A DNA stretch of 64,000 nucleotides from a bacterium (GCA_965213625.1 CBDBZU010000004.1:96001-160000), one strand, 5' to 3'. Positions 39,739 through 49,691 are shown, counted from the first letter of the stretch. Notes: generated by a model from the letters alone, not told the origin. Numbers and translations are program-made.

Positions 39739-40287
39739 TTACTTTTTCGTCGGCGCGTAGTAGGGGTTCGCACCCGAGGCGTGGTCGGTGGTGTCGATCA
39801 CCTGAATCTCGGGGTCGAGCTGCTGCAGGCGCGCCTCGACGCCTGACTTGAGCGTCACGTCCGCCATGCCGCAGCCCGCGCAGCCGCCGCCCATCTGCAC
39901 GAACACGCGCTTTTCCTCTACGTCCAACAGGTTGATAACGCCGCCGTGGGACGCGACGGCCGGGTTGATCTCCGTGTCGATGATCTCCTGAATCTGCTCC
40001 AGGAGGGACGTATCGCCCTCCGTCATCTCGCGCGTCACCTTGAACCCGCTCGTGGGGCCTTCGGTCACGAACTCGATCTGGGCCTTCTCCGCTCTGTCGA
40101 CATGATCGGGCGAGGCGAAGACACCCAGCAGAGGGTTCTCCACCCGGATGTACTCGGCCGCATCCTCATCCTTCACCAGGTCGAGCTTGTAGCCGCCCTC
40201 GAAGCTGATGAGAATTCCGGCGAAGCCCCCGCCGTTTTGCTCCATGATTTCCTTGACTTTACCGGCTGCCGCCTCGGTTATCTTCAT
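39739..40287 (-). CDS. nfuA: Fe-S cluster biogenesis protein NfuA-like
   Basis: Degenerate A-type N-terminal domain, INPAVASHGG, GGCAGCG and TDHASGANPYY motifs. Confidence 0.88.
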   Translation of the reverse strand: MKITEAAAGKVKEIMEQNGGGFAGILISFEGGYKLDLVKDEDAAEYIRVENPLLGVFASPDHVDRAEKAQIEFVTEGPTSGFKVTREMTEGDTSLLEQIQEIIDTEINPAVASHGGVINLLDVEEKRVFVQMGGGCAGCGMADVTLKSGVEARLQQLDPEIQVIDTTDHASGANPYYAPTKK

Positions 40288-40436
40288 GACATCACTCCCG
40301 AATGATTTGTCTCGTATATATGCGCCAATTCCCCATACCCCTCAAGAATACCACGGCGTGCGCAAAAGGCAAAAGATAAAACACATGGCGCAACGAATCC
40401 CAAATTCCGCCGACCCTGGAATGCGTAGATGATTGG

Positions 40437-41294
40437 CTACAGCGGCGTACGCGCCTTGATGTCCTCTTCGGTCACGTCGCCCATGTAGACGTAACCCGTC
40501 TCCTCCACGCTCCCGCTGCCGATGTAGATGCCCACCGCCTCGATGGGATCGGTATCGCTCAGGTTGTGGAGCCAGTGCTCCACCCCTTTGGGGATATAGT
40601 GGAAGTGACCGCCGCGCACCTCGACGCGGTCGGGCCCCGCGCCCGCCAGGCCGTGGCCGCTGATGATGTAGTAAATCTCCTCGCAGTTGTCGTGCCTGTG
40701 CTTCTTGTGAATCGCGCCCGGGAAGAACCGCGCGCGGAACAGCGTCGTATCGCTGCCGTTGTGACTCCCCAGAGGGAGCCTGAAGTCGGTGATCGACCAG
40801 CCTTCGCCCTCGTTCATGTTCTCGGGGGGCACGTCGTCGAGGTGCACGAGGATTCCCTCGGTCAGCCCCTCGCGCGGCATGTCGAGGTCGGCCCGGGTCA
40901 CGTCGCCGTGGAACTCATAGCCCGTGCCCGCCACGCTCGGCGCGCCGAGGTAGAAGCCGACCACCATCGCCTCCTCGTCTTTCGTCTCGTTGTAGAAGAA
41001 ATGCGTCGACCCCTTCGGCATGAGGCGGCAGTGGCCCTCGCGCACCTCGGCGCGTTGGTCGCCCTGGCCGACCACGCCGTTTCCCTTCAGGTAGACCGCG
41101 ATTTCCTCGCACTCGGTATGGAGATGCTTCGCGTGGGTGGAGCCAGGCCGGAAGATGGAATGAAAGACCGTCGTCGAGCTTCCGTGCGCGCCTGTGATGG
41201 GCAGGCGGAACTCCGAGATCGCCCAGCCTTCCTTTTCTTCCATCTTCTCGGGCGTGACGTCGTCGACGTGGATCAGGGGGTATTGAAGCGGCAT
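40437..41294 (-). CDS. Bicupin protein
   Basis: Two internal repeats with HLHTECEE and HRHDNCEE metal motifs and PKG..H motif 2. Confidence 0.88.
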   Translation of the reverse strand: MPLQYPLIHVDDVTPEKMEEKEGWAISEFRLPITGAHGSSTTVFHSIFRPGSTHAKHLHTECEEIAVYLKGNGVVGQGDQRAEVREGHCRLMPKGSTHFFYNETKDEEAMVVGFYLGAPSVAGTGYEFHGDVTRADLDMPREGLTEGILVHLDDVPPENMNEGEGWSITDFRLPLGSHNGSDTTLFRARFFPGAIHKKHRHDNCEEIYYIISGHGLAGAGPDRVEVRGGHFHYIPKGVEHWLHNLSDTDPIEAVGIYIGSGSVEETGYVYMGDVTEEDIKARTPL

Positions 41295-41334
41295 AGACAA
41301 GTTCCTCACAAAATGGATGTTCTACAGGGAATAT

Positions 41335-42207
41335 CTATTCGATAGCGCCCGTTCGCTGTTTCAGGTCTTCATCCGTCACGGGGCCTAAGTATTCAAAGCC
41401 GCTCTCATCGAGTCCGCCCACGCCGATGTACCAGCCCGGCGCCGAGAGGTCTTCGGTGTCGCTGATGTTCGCGAGCCAGTGCTCCACTCCGGCGGGCATG
41501 TAGTTCACGTCGCCTGCGAACACTTCCCCGCGATCTTTCCCGATTCCCGCGAGTCCGCGGCCCTTCAGGATGTAGCAAATCTCCTCGCAGTTGTTGTGGC
41601 GGTGCTTCATGTGCACGGTTTTGGGGCCGAAGTAGCCCTGCATCCAGCACGAGCCCGCCCCGTGGCTGCGGTTGAGCGGCTCGTTGAAATAATCCTGCGT
41701 CCAGCCCTCCTCATGCGATACCTTGACGTGGGGAACCTCGTCGTTGTGAACGAGGGGATGCTGCAGGGCAGCGGCGCTCAGCGTGCGCGGGGCGGTGATG
41801 TCGGCCTCGGTGACCTCGCCCAAATAGACGCGGCCGGTGTCCTTGAAATAGGGAACGCGGTCGTAGAACCCGATGATGACGAGCGGATCGTGCCTGCCCA
41901 GGTTCACGAGCCAGTGCTTCACGCCCTTGGGAATCTGGTGGAAGTGGCCCGCATGCACCTCCACGCGGTCCTCCCCCGCGCCCGCCAGGCCGTGGCCGCT
42001 CACGACGTAATACTGCATCTGGCAGTTCTCGTAGCGGTGCTTGTGGTGGCGATCACCGGGGGCCAGGGTGGCGTGGTACATGATGGAGGAGGAACCCTCC
42101 TTCCCGCTGACGACGACACGGAAATCGGAGACGCTCCAGCCCTCTTTTTCGTCGAGCTTCTCGGGCGTCACGTTGGCGATGCGAATGTATGGGTGCTCAA
42201 AAGACAT
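41335..42207 (-). CDS. Bicupin protein (paralog of the downstream gene)
   Basis: Two repeats, HRYENCQM (degenerate) and HRHNNCEE; GGAGG RBS before ATG 42207. Confidence 0.88.
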   Translation of the reverse strand: MSFEHPYIRIANVTPEKLDEKEGWSVSDFRVVVSGKEGSSSIMYHATLAPGDRHHKHRYENCQMQYYVVSGHGLAGAGEDRVEVHAGHFHQIPKGVKHWLVNLGRHDPLVIIGFYDRVPYFKDTGRVYLGEVTEADITAPRTLSAAALQHPLVHNDEVPHVKVSHEEGWTQDYFNEPLNRSHGAGSCWMQGYFGPKTVHMKHRHNNCEEICYILKGRGLAGIGKDRGEVFAGDVNYMPAGVEHWLANISDTEDLSAPGWYIGVGGLDESGFEYLGPVTDEDLKQRTGAIE

Positions 42208-42238
42208 GACGACCTCCTTGATTTCTGGAGACAAGCGC

Positions 42239-42419
42239 GGGGTTGTTGAAAAACTCCCCCCGAGGAGGGGGTTTGTAGGGGTCACATAGATGCGACCCGG
42301 ATTTTTCACGCCGCCCCCGAACGGGCCGCATGATATGCGGCCCCTACCAAACCAACCCCCCGGCCCCTTGCCACGGGGGTAAAGGCGACGCCCCCTGCGA
42401 GGGCTCTTTCAACATCCCC
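42239..42419. mobile_element. MITE-like element A with internal inverted REP pair
   Basis: Ends GGGGTTGTTGAAAAA / TCTTTCAACATCCCC. Inside are GTAGGGGTCACATAGATGCGACCC and GGGCCGCATGATATGCGGCCCCTAC. Confidence 0.65.
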
Positions 42420-42440
42420 GCCCGCGCAAGTTGGCGGGCG

Positions 42441-43469
42441 TCAGTTCGCTATCTCTATTACCGCCCGGAGCGTGCCGCCGTCACCCCCTGAGTCGACGAA
42501 CTCGAAGCCCTCTTGAATGTCATCGAGCGCGAAGTGGTGCGTGACGAGGGGTTCCAGGTCAATCTGCCCGGTCGCCACCAGACGGATGGCGCTCTCGAAA
42601 TCCTCCGGCAGACCTGCGCGCGAGCCGATGACGGTCAGGTCCTTGAAGTAATAGGCCTGGCCCGGCACCCCGTCTACCTGCGCCGGCCCGATGCCGAACT
42701 GCAAAATCGCGCCGCCGGGCCGCACCATCTCGTAGGCCTGCACCATGGTCTCGGCAGCGCCCGCCGTCTCGATGACGATGTCCGCCCCCAGGCCGTCGGT
42801 AAGCTCACGCACGGCTTCGACGGGGTCCACCTCGCCCGCAGGCACGATTTCATCCGCACCCATCTCTTTCGCCACCTCGAGCTTCCACTTGCTCCTCGTC
42901 ACGGCGATGACGGACGAAGCGCCCGACACTTTCGCCAACTGCGTGTGGAGCAGGCCGCTGCTCCCCTGCCCCAGGACGGCCACGCGCGAACCCGCGATGT
43001 AGGGCGCCTTTCGCTGGCTGTAGACGACCGTGTAGAGACCCACGAAGTTCGTCGCCGCGGCGAAACTCACCTGCTCGGGGAAGGCGAACGCTTCGGTCTC
43101 GCGCACGGCGATGTACTCGGCGAAAGTGCCCGGCACCTCGCGACCCCTGAGCCCGCCGTGCAGGCAAATGTTCGTCAGCCCGCGCACGCAGTAGAAACAA
43201 GTGCCGCAACTCGAAAGGGGGTTCAGCACGACCCGGTCGCCCACTTTCAGGCGCGTGACGCTCTCGCCGACCTGCTCCACCGTGCCCGTGCACTCGTGGC
43301 CGGGAATCAAGGGGATGCGCGCGGGCATTTTTCCGGCCCAGATGGATACGTCCGTGCCGCAGATGGCCGAAGTGGCCACACGCACCAGCGCGTGGTCGGC
43401 GGGCAGGCCGGGGTCGGGCTGATCGCCCACGCTCATCACGCGCGTTTTTTCAAGCAAAGCCGCTTTCAT
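42441..43469 (-). CDS. Zinc-dependent medium-chain alcohol dehydrogenase
   Basis: ICGTD, GHE and CGTCFYC...C motifs; GQGSSG nucleotide-binding loop. Confidence 0.92.
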   Translation of the reverse strand: MKAALLEKTRVMSVGDQPDPGLPADHALVRVATSAICGTDVSIWAGKMPARIPLIPGHECTGTVEQVGESVTRLKVGDRVVLNPLSSCGTCFYCVRGLTNICLHGGLRGREVPGTFAEYIAVRETEAFAFPEQVSFAAATNFVGLYTVVYSQRKAPYIAGSRVAVLGQGSSGLLHTQLAKVSGASSVIAVTRSKWKLEVAKEMGADEIVPAGEVDPVEAVRELTDGLGADIVIETAGAAETMVQAYEMVRPGGAILQFGIGPAQVDGVPGQAYYFKDLTVIGSRAGLPEDFESAIRLVATGQIDLEPLVTHHFALDDIQEGFEFVDSGGDGGTLRAVIEIAN

Positions 43470-43613
43470 GAAATTCTCCGCCAGAACATGAGGTTACGTT
43501 TCAGGAAAATTGAGATTCGATTCGCCCCAAGAATACGGCATCGCGCCGATATGGAAAAGCGGGTTTGGTACTAAAACCACAAGCCCGCGAACCACACCGG
43601 AAAGAAATTCTCC

Positions 43614-44777
43614 TCAGCGTGCCTCGAAGAAGCGGCGCACGGCGTGGTCGGGGGTGAAGCGGCCCTCTATGGCGTCGCGGAGCCAGTCGGCCACCATGAG
43701 GTAGAAATCGGGCAGGCGTCCGCCCATCGTGTGGGTTTCGTTCTCATACACCCAAAGCTCCCTCGCGCCGCCGAGGAGGTCGAAGAGTTGCTCGGCGTCC
43801 TCCAGGGGACAAAGCTCGTCGAACTCGCCCATCGCCAGAAGCGTGGGACACTCGATGTCGCCCGCGATGTGCTCGAGCGTCATCTGCCCGGCCATCGCAT
43901 CGAAGGCGTCCTCATCATAGGTGTCGGACATGTACTTGTAGTTCGCCCGGTAGGCGGGCTTTCCGCTCTTGAAGATGGAGTCCTTCTGGAGGTAGACGCC
44001 CATCGCGCCCACGCAGGCTTTCAGGCGTTTATCGTGCGCCGCCACGCACGGCCCCCAGTAGCTGCCCATGCTCCAGCCGTAAAGGCCGATTTTCCCTGAG
44101 TCCACCTCGGGGCGTGATTCCAGGAAATCGATGGCCGCAGAACCCGCGCGCTCAAAGTTATCGAGCGTCACCCAGGTCTCGCGCGTGTTGCTCTCCCCCT
44201 GGCCGGGGCCGTCGATGCTGAGCGTGGCGAGGCCGCGCCGCCTGAAGTGGTTATGGTAGGGATTGGGGAGAAACTCCTTGATGGTGTCCATCCCCGGCAC
44301 GATGATAACGCAGGGCGCGTTTTCGACCCCCGGCACGGTCTGCAAAATGCCGGGAATCGTCTTGCCGTTCTCGAAAGGAATCTCCACGCGCTCGACTGGA
44401 GCCTCATCGAATAACTCGATGAACTTTTTGTAGCAGGCGATCATCTTCCCATAGATTTCGAGCTTCTGCGGTGTGTTCTTGTGGATGACGCCGCAGGCGG
44501 GGCCGTAATAAAGGGCGGCGCGGTGGTAGAACTCCGCCGCCGATTCTCGGTGGCCCGCCGCTTCCGCTTCTCTCGCGAGCGCTTCTTCCTGAGCGGCGGT
44601 GCGCGCCCACTCCTTGGGCACGGAGCCTGGCGTCTTGATGCGCTCGGTGGTCCTCCGCACGTCGGCGGGACGGAAACCCCACTCCACGTACATCACCGAG
44701 CGGAAGGCGTAGACGTCGTGAACCTTGTAGAACTCCTCCGTCACCCACTGCTGGCCGCGGCGGCTCCCCTCGCTCAC
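43614..44777 (-). CDS. Alpha/beta hydrolase of the FrsA / 2,6-dihydroxypseudooxynicotine hydrolase type
   Basis: GMDTIKE, DGPGQGES and GWSMG nucleophile-elbow motifs, with C-terminal Asp/His. Confidence 0.82.
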   Translation of the reverse strand: MSEGSRRGQQWVTEEFYKVHDVYAFRSVMYVEWGFRPADVRRTTERIKTPGSVPKEWARTAAQEEALAREAEAAGHRESAAEFYHRAALYYGPACGVIHKNTPQKLEIYGKMIACYKKFIELFDEAPVERVEIPFENGKTIPGILQTVPGVENAPCVIIVPGMDTIKEFLPNPYHNHFRRRGLATLSIDGPGQGESNTRETWVTLDNFERAGSAAIDFLESRPEVDSGKIGLYGWSMGSYWGPCVAAHDKRLKACVGAMGVYLQKDSIFKSGKPAYRANYKYMSDTYDEDAFDAMAGQMTLEHIAGDIECPTLLAMGEFDELCPLEDAEQLFDLLGGARELWVYENETHTMGGRLPDFYLMVADWLRDAIEGRFTPDHAVRRFFEAR

Positions 44778-44785
44778 GAGAAAAC

Positions 44786-45508
44786 CTACGCGCGCCGGGC
44801 AGTCGCGAGATGCTCGCGCATCAGCGCGCCGCCTGCGGAGGCCGCTTCGTCAAAACCCGCCACCCGGAGCGTGTGCCACATGGCCGTTGTGTTGCTCGTG
44901 AGCACGGGCTTTCCGAGCGCGGCTTCGAGCACATCCACCGATTCGAGCGAGCGGAAGTTCGTGCAGCTGATGAAGATACCGTCCGCCTCCGCGCAATCCA
45001 CCTCGCGCGCGAGAGCTTCCGAGTTCTCGGGCGGCAGGAAGGCGGGGCACTCGACGTTCTGACCCCGCTCGGCCACGACTTCGATTCCCTTGTCCTTTAA
45101 GAATACCGTGAGCCTCTCGTTCAGCCATTCTGGATAGGGGGAAGCGAGCGCCACCTTGGCGACGCCCATCTCGCGCATGGCCTCGGTGAGGGCGGTGGAG
45201 GTCGTGGTGGCGGGGATGCCGGTTCGCTCCTGGATGACCGCGATGATGTCGTCATCCATGCCGGGGCGCACGAAGCTGCCGCCGGTGCAGCCGAAACAGA
45301 TGGCGTCGAGACTCGCGTGGCCGAGCAGATCGGCGAGTTCGGGCACCACCTCTATCATGTGCAGGAGGGTTTCTTCCTCATCGTCCGTGTGGGCGATGCG
45401 GGTGAAGTGGACCGAAACGCCTTCGGGCGCCATGCGCTGGCATTCGTACTCCATCACCGTGTTCCAGGATGGGACGATGAAGCCGAGCTTTTTCTTCCAA
45501 TCCGTCAT
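44786..45508 (-). CDS. Maleate cis-trans isomerase / arylmalonate decarboxylase family protein
   Basis: VPSWNTVME, FGCTGGS, SPY and ISCTNF motifs, with both catalytic Cys. Confidence 0.88.
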   Translation of the reverse strand: MTDWKKKLGFIVPSWNTVMEYECQRMAPEGVSVHFTRIAHTDDEEETLLHMIEVVPELADLLGHASLDAICFGCTGGSFVRPGMDDDIIAVIQERTGIPATTTSTALTEAMREMGVAKVALASPYPEWLNERLTVFLKDKGIEVVAERGQNVECPAFLPPENSEALAREVDCAEADGIFISCTNFRSLESVDVLEAALGKPVLTSNTTAMWHTLRVAGFDEAASAGGALMREHLATARRA

Positions 45509-45677
45509 GGGGATGTCCTCCATCAGGAAAGTCGAAATCCGTTTGATGCGGAAATGATAAAGAAGGCGAAGTTATAAGTCCATCGCCCGGAAAAGATCCC
45601 GTGATTGGGTTTTTGAGAAAGCTCTATGAACGAAGGCTTGACGCGTCTAATGAGGGAAAAATTACTTCCCCCTTGAG

Positions 45678-45880
45678 GGGGTTGTTGAAAAATACCGGAC
45701 TCTGCGGTTCGGTTCGACGTATGTGAATGTGTAGGTCGGACATATATGTCCGACATATATGCGCCCCGCATTAATTTCCCACCAAAAGGGCCGCATACTA
45801 TGCGGCCCCTACACACGTTTTGACATCCCGACCAAGTGGAATTGGATCGATCCGATCCGCTAGGGATTTTCGACAACCCC
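45678..45880. mobile_element. MITE-like element B with internal REP-like palindromes
   Basis: Ends GGGGTTGTTGAAAAAT / ATTTTCGACAACCCC. Inside are GTAGGTCGGACATATATGTCCGAC and GGGCCGCATACTATGCGGCCCCTAC. Confidence 0.65.
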
Positions 45881-45920
45881 GTATATCGGGTGTTCTTGGT
45901 CCCTCGCCCGGCGTTCGCGC

Positions 45921-45953
45921 AAAAAAAGGGCGGCTCATTTCGAGCCGCCCTTT
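45921..45953 (-). terminator. Intrinsic terminator downstream of the LeuA-like gene
   Basis: AAAGGGCGGCTC-ATTTC-GAGCCGCCCTTT stem with an A7 run on the left (U tract on the minus strand). Confidence 0.7.
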
Positions 45954-46063
45954 CCGTACAATCTTCAACCCGCGCATCGGGGCGGAGAGCTTGAAGCCGC
46001 TGGGTCCGGCCGGCGAACCGGCGCGGCCTAGCTCATCCGCCCCCGAGCGATGCGGGTTGAAAA

Positions 46064-47284
46064 CTAATTCGCTCCCGCCAACTCCTTGAACTCGTCCATC
46101 GTGAGCAGGCGATGGAGGCTCAGGGATTTTTCCTTCACGTCCATCAGGAGCGCCATTTTCTCTTCCTCAGAAGCCGTGATGCCCAACTGCTCCAGGAACA
46201 GGTTGATGGAATCGATGCCGCTGCCCTTGCCGATGACGGGCTCGGGTTCGCTCTGACCGACGAGGCCGGCGCGGAAGGGCACGAGTTCGGTCGGGAAGTC
46301 CTTCTCGCAGTTCTTGAGCCAGCTGACGATGATGCCGCTCTCGATGTCGTAAAGGTTATCGCCCACCACGCAGCGGTTGGGTGCCAGGCTGATGCGCCCG
46401 CATTCCTGCACGAGGCGCGATACCTCGGTGAACTTCTCCGTCTTTAAGCCCATATCCACGTCGTACATGGTGAGCATGGCCAGGGCGAGTTCCTCATACG
46501 CCGCGTTGCCGGCGCGCTCGCCGATGCCGCTAACGGAAGTCTGCGCCACCTGGCAGCCCTCGGCCATCGCCATCAGCGTGTTGGCGACGCCCATTCCGTA
46601 ATCATCGTGGAAGTGGGGCTCGAAGGGCTCGTCCGGGAAGACCTCGCGCATCTTCTTGATGACGTAGGGCACGGTGTGCGGGCTGAGCACGCCGAACGTG
46701 TCGACGATCGCCAGCGCGTCCATGTGGCCTTCGGTCGCCACCTTCTTGAGCAGGCCCAGCACCCAGTCCAGCGGGGCACGGGAGAAGTCGATGGGGAAGA
46801 ACACGGTGTAGAGGCCGCACTCTTTTGCCACCTGCGTGGCCTTGACCGAGGTTTCGATGGCCTTGTCGAGTTCCCACTTGTAGGCGCGCTCGATCATGTG
46901 CGTGGAACTGGGCACTTCCATGACGACGCCCTTCACGCCCGTGTCGGCGGAGCGCTTCACGTCGTCCGCCATGCAGCGCGCGAAGCTGAACACCTCGGTG
47001 TCCGTGCCTTCGAGACGCTTGACGATCTCGCGGATCGCCGCCTCGTCAGACGGCGAGACCACAGGCATACCGGCCTCGATGCGGTGCACGCCCGTCTCGG
47101 CCAGGGCTTCGGCGATTCTGATTTTCTCGTCCTTGTTGAACATGACGCCCGCCTGCTGCTCGCCGTCACGGAGCGTCACGTCGTGGATCTTGGGATTGGG
47201 GTCGAAATTGATATTGGAGGTCACCTCGCCCTCGAAGTTCCACGGGCTGGTGAACCACATATCGTTGTTCCAGGGTTCGCTCAT
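46064..47284 (-). CDS. DRE-TIM metallolyase (LeuA/homocitrate synthase-like, no regulatory domain)
   Basis: DVTLRDGEQ, HFHDD.GMG.AN and GIGERAGNA motifs. Confidence 0.88.
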   Translation of the reverse strand: MSEPWNNDMWFTSPWNFEGEVTSNINFDPNPKIHDVTLRDGEQQAGVMFNKDEKIRIAEALAETGVHRIEAGMPVVSPSDEAAIREIVKRLEGTDTEVFSFARCMADDVKRSADTGVKGVVMEVPSSTHMIERAYKWELDKAIETSVKATQVAKECGLYTVFFPIDFSRAPLDWVLGLLKKVATEGHMDALAIVDTFGVLSPHTVPYVIKKMREVFPDEPFEPHFHDDYGMGVANTLMAMAEGCQVAQTSVSGIGERAGNAAYEELALAMLTMYDVDMGLKTEKFTEVSRLVQECGRISLAPNRCVVGDNLYDIESGIIVSWLKNCEKDFPTELVPFRAGLVGQSEPEPVIGKGSGIDSINLFLEQLGITASEEEKMALLMDVKEKSLSLHRLLTMDEFKELAGAN

Positions 47285-47398
47285 CTCATGATTCTCCTAT
47301 TCGCCTTTTCGGGAGGCGATTTCCCCTGCACTGCGAATATGAAAAAACGCTCCCGCCCGCGCCCCAGGCGGCAGGGACGCGGACGGGAAGCAAAACCG

Positions 47399-48748
47399 TT
47401 ACGCGGGCAGCTCGAAGCGAGGCTCGCCGCGCGATTTCGCCGAGAAGTCGAAGTACGGCGAATCCTCGATGCACTCGTCGTAGTGCGAGGAACCCGTGAA
47501 GACGACGGGGCCGTCGGGGCCGACGAGGACGTTCTCTTCCAGGCGTACCGTCTGGGGAAGCCCGGGGTGACCGGCGAACGTCTCGATGGCGAAGTACATG
47601 TTCTCCTTGATCTCCACCGGATAATCGAGGCTGTAGGCGCGGCTGATCCACATGCCCTCATACAAGTCCAGGCCGATGGAGTGCGCGAACTGCTGGAGCG
47701 TCACCGTGCCGTACTTGTCATCGGCGTAGACGGGGAACTGCTCGGCCACGTCCTTGGACGTCTTGCCCGGCACGAGCTGGCTCATGCCCGCGTACATCGT
47801 GTCGTAGACCTCTCTGTAAAGCTCTTTTTCCTTCTTCGTCCAGCCGCCGCCGCACTTGAAGCAGCGCACGTAGTCGACGAAGTAGCCGCCGGGGCCGATG
47901 GCGTTGATGTCGACGACGACGAGGTCTCCGTCGCGGATCATCTTGTCGGTGTGCCAGCGGCGGTAAGGGCTGGTGTTGCCGCCCGAGGCGACGATGATGT
48001 CGTAAACGAAATCGAAGCCCTCTTCATAGAGCAGGTTGTTCACCCACGCGGTGAGATCGCACTCGCGAATGCCGGGCTTGAGCCACTCGTTCCTGATCTT
48101 CCACATGCAGGTGTCGCCGATGGTCGAGCTGATCTTGAGGCACTCGATCTCCTCGGGCGTCTTGATGACGCGCGCCTCGCTCATCGCCGGCCACGCGTTC
48201 ACCAGGTTCACGCCCTTTTCGGTGAAGGCGCTGTAGGCCTGCATGTCCATGATGTCGATGCCGATCCGCCCGTTGAGCGGAATGTTGTTCTCCTTGAGAA
48301 CGTCGATGACCGAATCCGCCATGCGGTTCACCATCATCTGCTCAGCGGTCTCGGACCACTTCCAGGTGATGGCGGGACGGATGTTGCCCTCGAGCCAGGG
48401 CGCGTCGATCCGGGCGCACTCATAGTCCGATCCTGCGGTCTCGAAGAGCACCGGCGTTTCCGCACCGCGACAGAGCACGGCGTAGCGGATGAAGATGTTG
48501 TTCTTCCAGTTGCCCTGGAAGACCGACGCGGTGTAGCGGATGTTCTCGCCCTTGTACATGATGATGGCGTCCATGTCGTGCTTTTCCATCATCGCCTTGG
48601 CGCGGGCGAGCCTGTCCTTACGCATCTGCTCGAAGTCCACGCGGCGCTGCCAATCGCTGCCCGTCTGGCTGTAGACGCGCCGGGGGGACTGGTAATGCTC
48701 TTTCTGCAGAAAGTCCATCGGCATGCCTTGTTTGCTCATTTCCACCAT
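47399..48748 (-). CDS. M24 (Xaa-Pro peptidase/creatinase fold) metallohydrolase
   Basis: RVIKTPEEI; metal ligands D (VVDI), D (YFVD), H (HSIG), E (AIET) and E (RLEE). Confidence 0.88.
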   Translation of the reverse strand: MVEMSKQGMPMDFLQKEHYQSPRRVYSQTGSDWQRRVDFEQMRKDRLARAKAMMEKHDMDAIIMYKGENIRYTASVFQGNWKNNIFIRYAVLCRGAETPVLFETAGSDYECARIDAPWLEGNIRPAITWKWSETAEQMMVNRMADSVIDVLKENNIPLNGRIGIDIMDMQAYSAFTEKGVNLVNAWPAMSEARVIKTPEEIECLKISSTIGDTCMWKIRNEWLKPGIRECDLTAWVNNLLYEEGFDFVYDIIVASGGNTSPYRRWHTDKMIRDGDLVVVDINAIGPGGYFVDYVRCFKCGGGWTKKEKELYREVYDTMYAGMSQLVPGKTSKDVAEQFPVYADDKYGTVTLQQFAHSIGLDLYEGMWISRAYSLDYPVEIKENMYFAIETFAGHPGLPQTVRLEENVLVGPDGPVVFTGSSHYDECIEDSPYFDFSAKSRGEPRFELPA

Positions 48749-48848
48749 GAAAATTCCTCCTATTCGGAAATGGGGTTGAAGCGTTCAAAAAACGACATCA
48801 ATAAAACGTCCGACAACTACGACAACCATAAAGCGCGCCCGCACTTCC

Positions 48849-49583
48849 TCAGACGCGCAACCGTCCTCCGTTTCGCGATACGGCCAGCGCCTCTTTGAGC
48901 CGCGCGCCCTCCGCCGCCATGTGCTCGCGCATGGCGAGCGCGGCTGCTTCCGGGTCGCCCGCATCGATCGCAGCCAGGAGCTTCTCGTGCTGTAGAAGCG
49001 CCTCGTCCGGCTGTCCGGGCGTTCCGATAATCCTCCGCTGGCTCTTTTCGATAAGACCCGCGATGGCCTCCCACACCGTCCTTAAAACGGCGTTTTCCGC
49101 CGCCTCGCAAAGCGCGCGGTGCCAGGCGACGCCCGCGCGCACGAAGGCTTCGGGCTTGTCGATGCGCTTTCGCATCTCCTCGGTGTGGCTCCTCAGGCGC
49201 TCGATATGTTCTTCGGTTCTGCGCTCCGCGGTCAGGCGCGCGACCTGTTCTTCCAGCCCCTGCCGCACCTCCCAGAGTTCGAGCAGGGTGTCTTCCTTCA
49301 CGTCGAGTAGAAACGCCAGGCTCTCGCGCACCGTGGCGAGATAGGGGTCCACCGTGAGGTTGCGGAGATATGCTCCCTGCCCGCTCCTCACCTCGATGAG
49401 CCCCGTTGTGTCGAGCGCGCGCAAAGCCTCCCGCACCGAAGGCCTGCCGATGCCGAGCGTCGCCGCGAGTTCACGCTCGGACGGCAACCTGTCGCCGGGC
49501 GTGAGCTTTCGTTTGCGGATGAGCTGCTGAATCTGCTCCACCACGTCTTCGTAGAGCCTCGTTTTTCTCACCGGCTTGAGCAA
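48849..49583 (-). CDS. GntR/FadR-family transcriptional regulator
   Basis: PGDRLPSERELA...GRPSVREAL wHTH plus FCD domain; TTG start after AGGAGG. Confidence 0.93.
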   Translation of the reverse strand: MLKPVRKTRLYEDVVEQIQQLIRKRKLTPGDRLPSERELAATLGIGRPSVREALRALDTTGLIEVRSGQGAYLRNLTVDPYLATVRESLAFLLDVKEDTLLELWEVRQGLEEQVARLTAERRTEEHIERLRSHTEEMRKRIDKPEAFVRAGVAWHRALCEAAENAVLRTVWEAIAGLIEKSQRRIIGTPGQPDEALLQHEKLLAAIDAGDPEAAALAMREHMAAEGARLKEALAVSRNGGRLRV

Positions 49584-49672
49584 GAAACCGCCTCCTGGGG
49601 ACGCAAACCATCCCGAGCGATGAGGGAAAACCACGCGGGGATTGTTATTTTTTTGTACGAGACCGGAAGTCC

Positions 49673-49691
49673 TGGTCAGATGGTATGACCA
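49673..49691. promoter_or_regulatory. Putative FadR/GntR operator
   Basis: TGGTCA-GATGGTA-TGACCA inverted repeat containing TGGT-N3-ACCA, about 90 nt upstream of the regulator. Confidence 0.65.

Noticed and set aside
46607-48898. 763-aa plus-strand ORF, and similar long antisense ORFs at 13745-15574, 16334-18439 and 35809-37545
   Set aside because: These are shadow frames opposite well-supported genes in GC-rich DNA, with no recognisable motifs.
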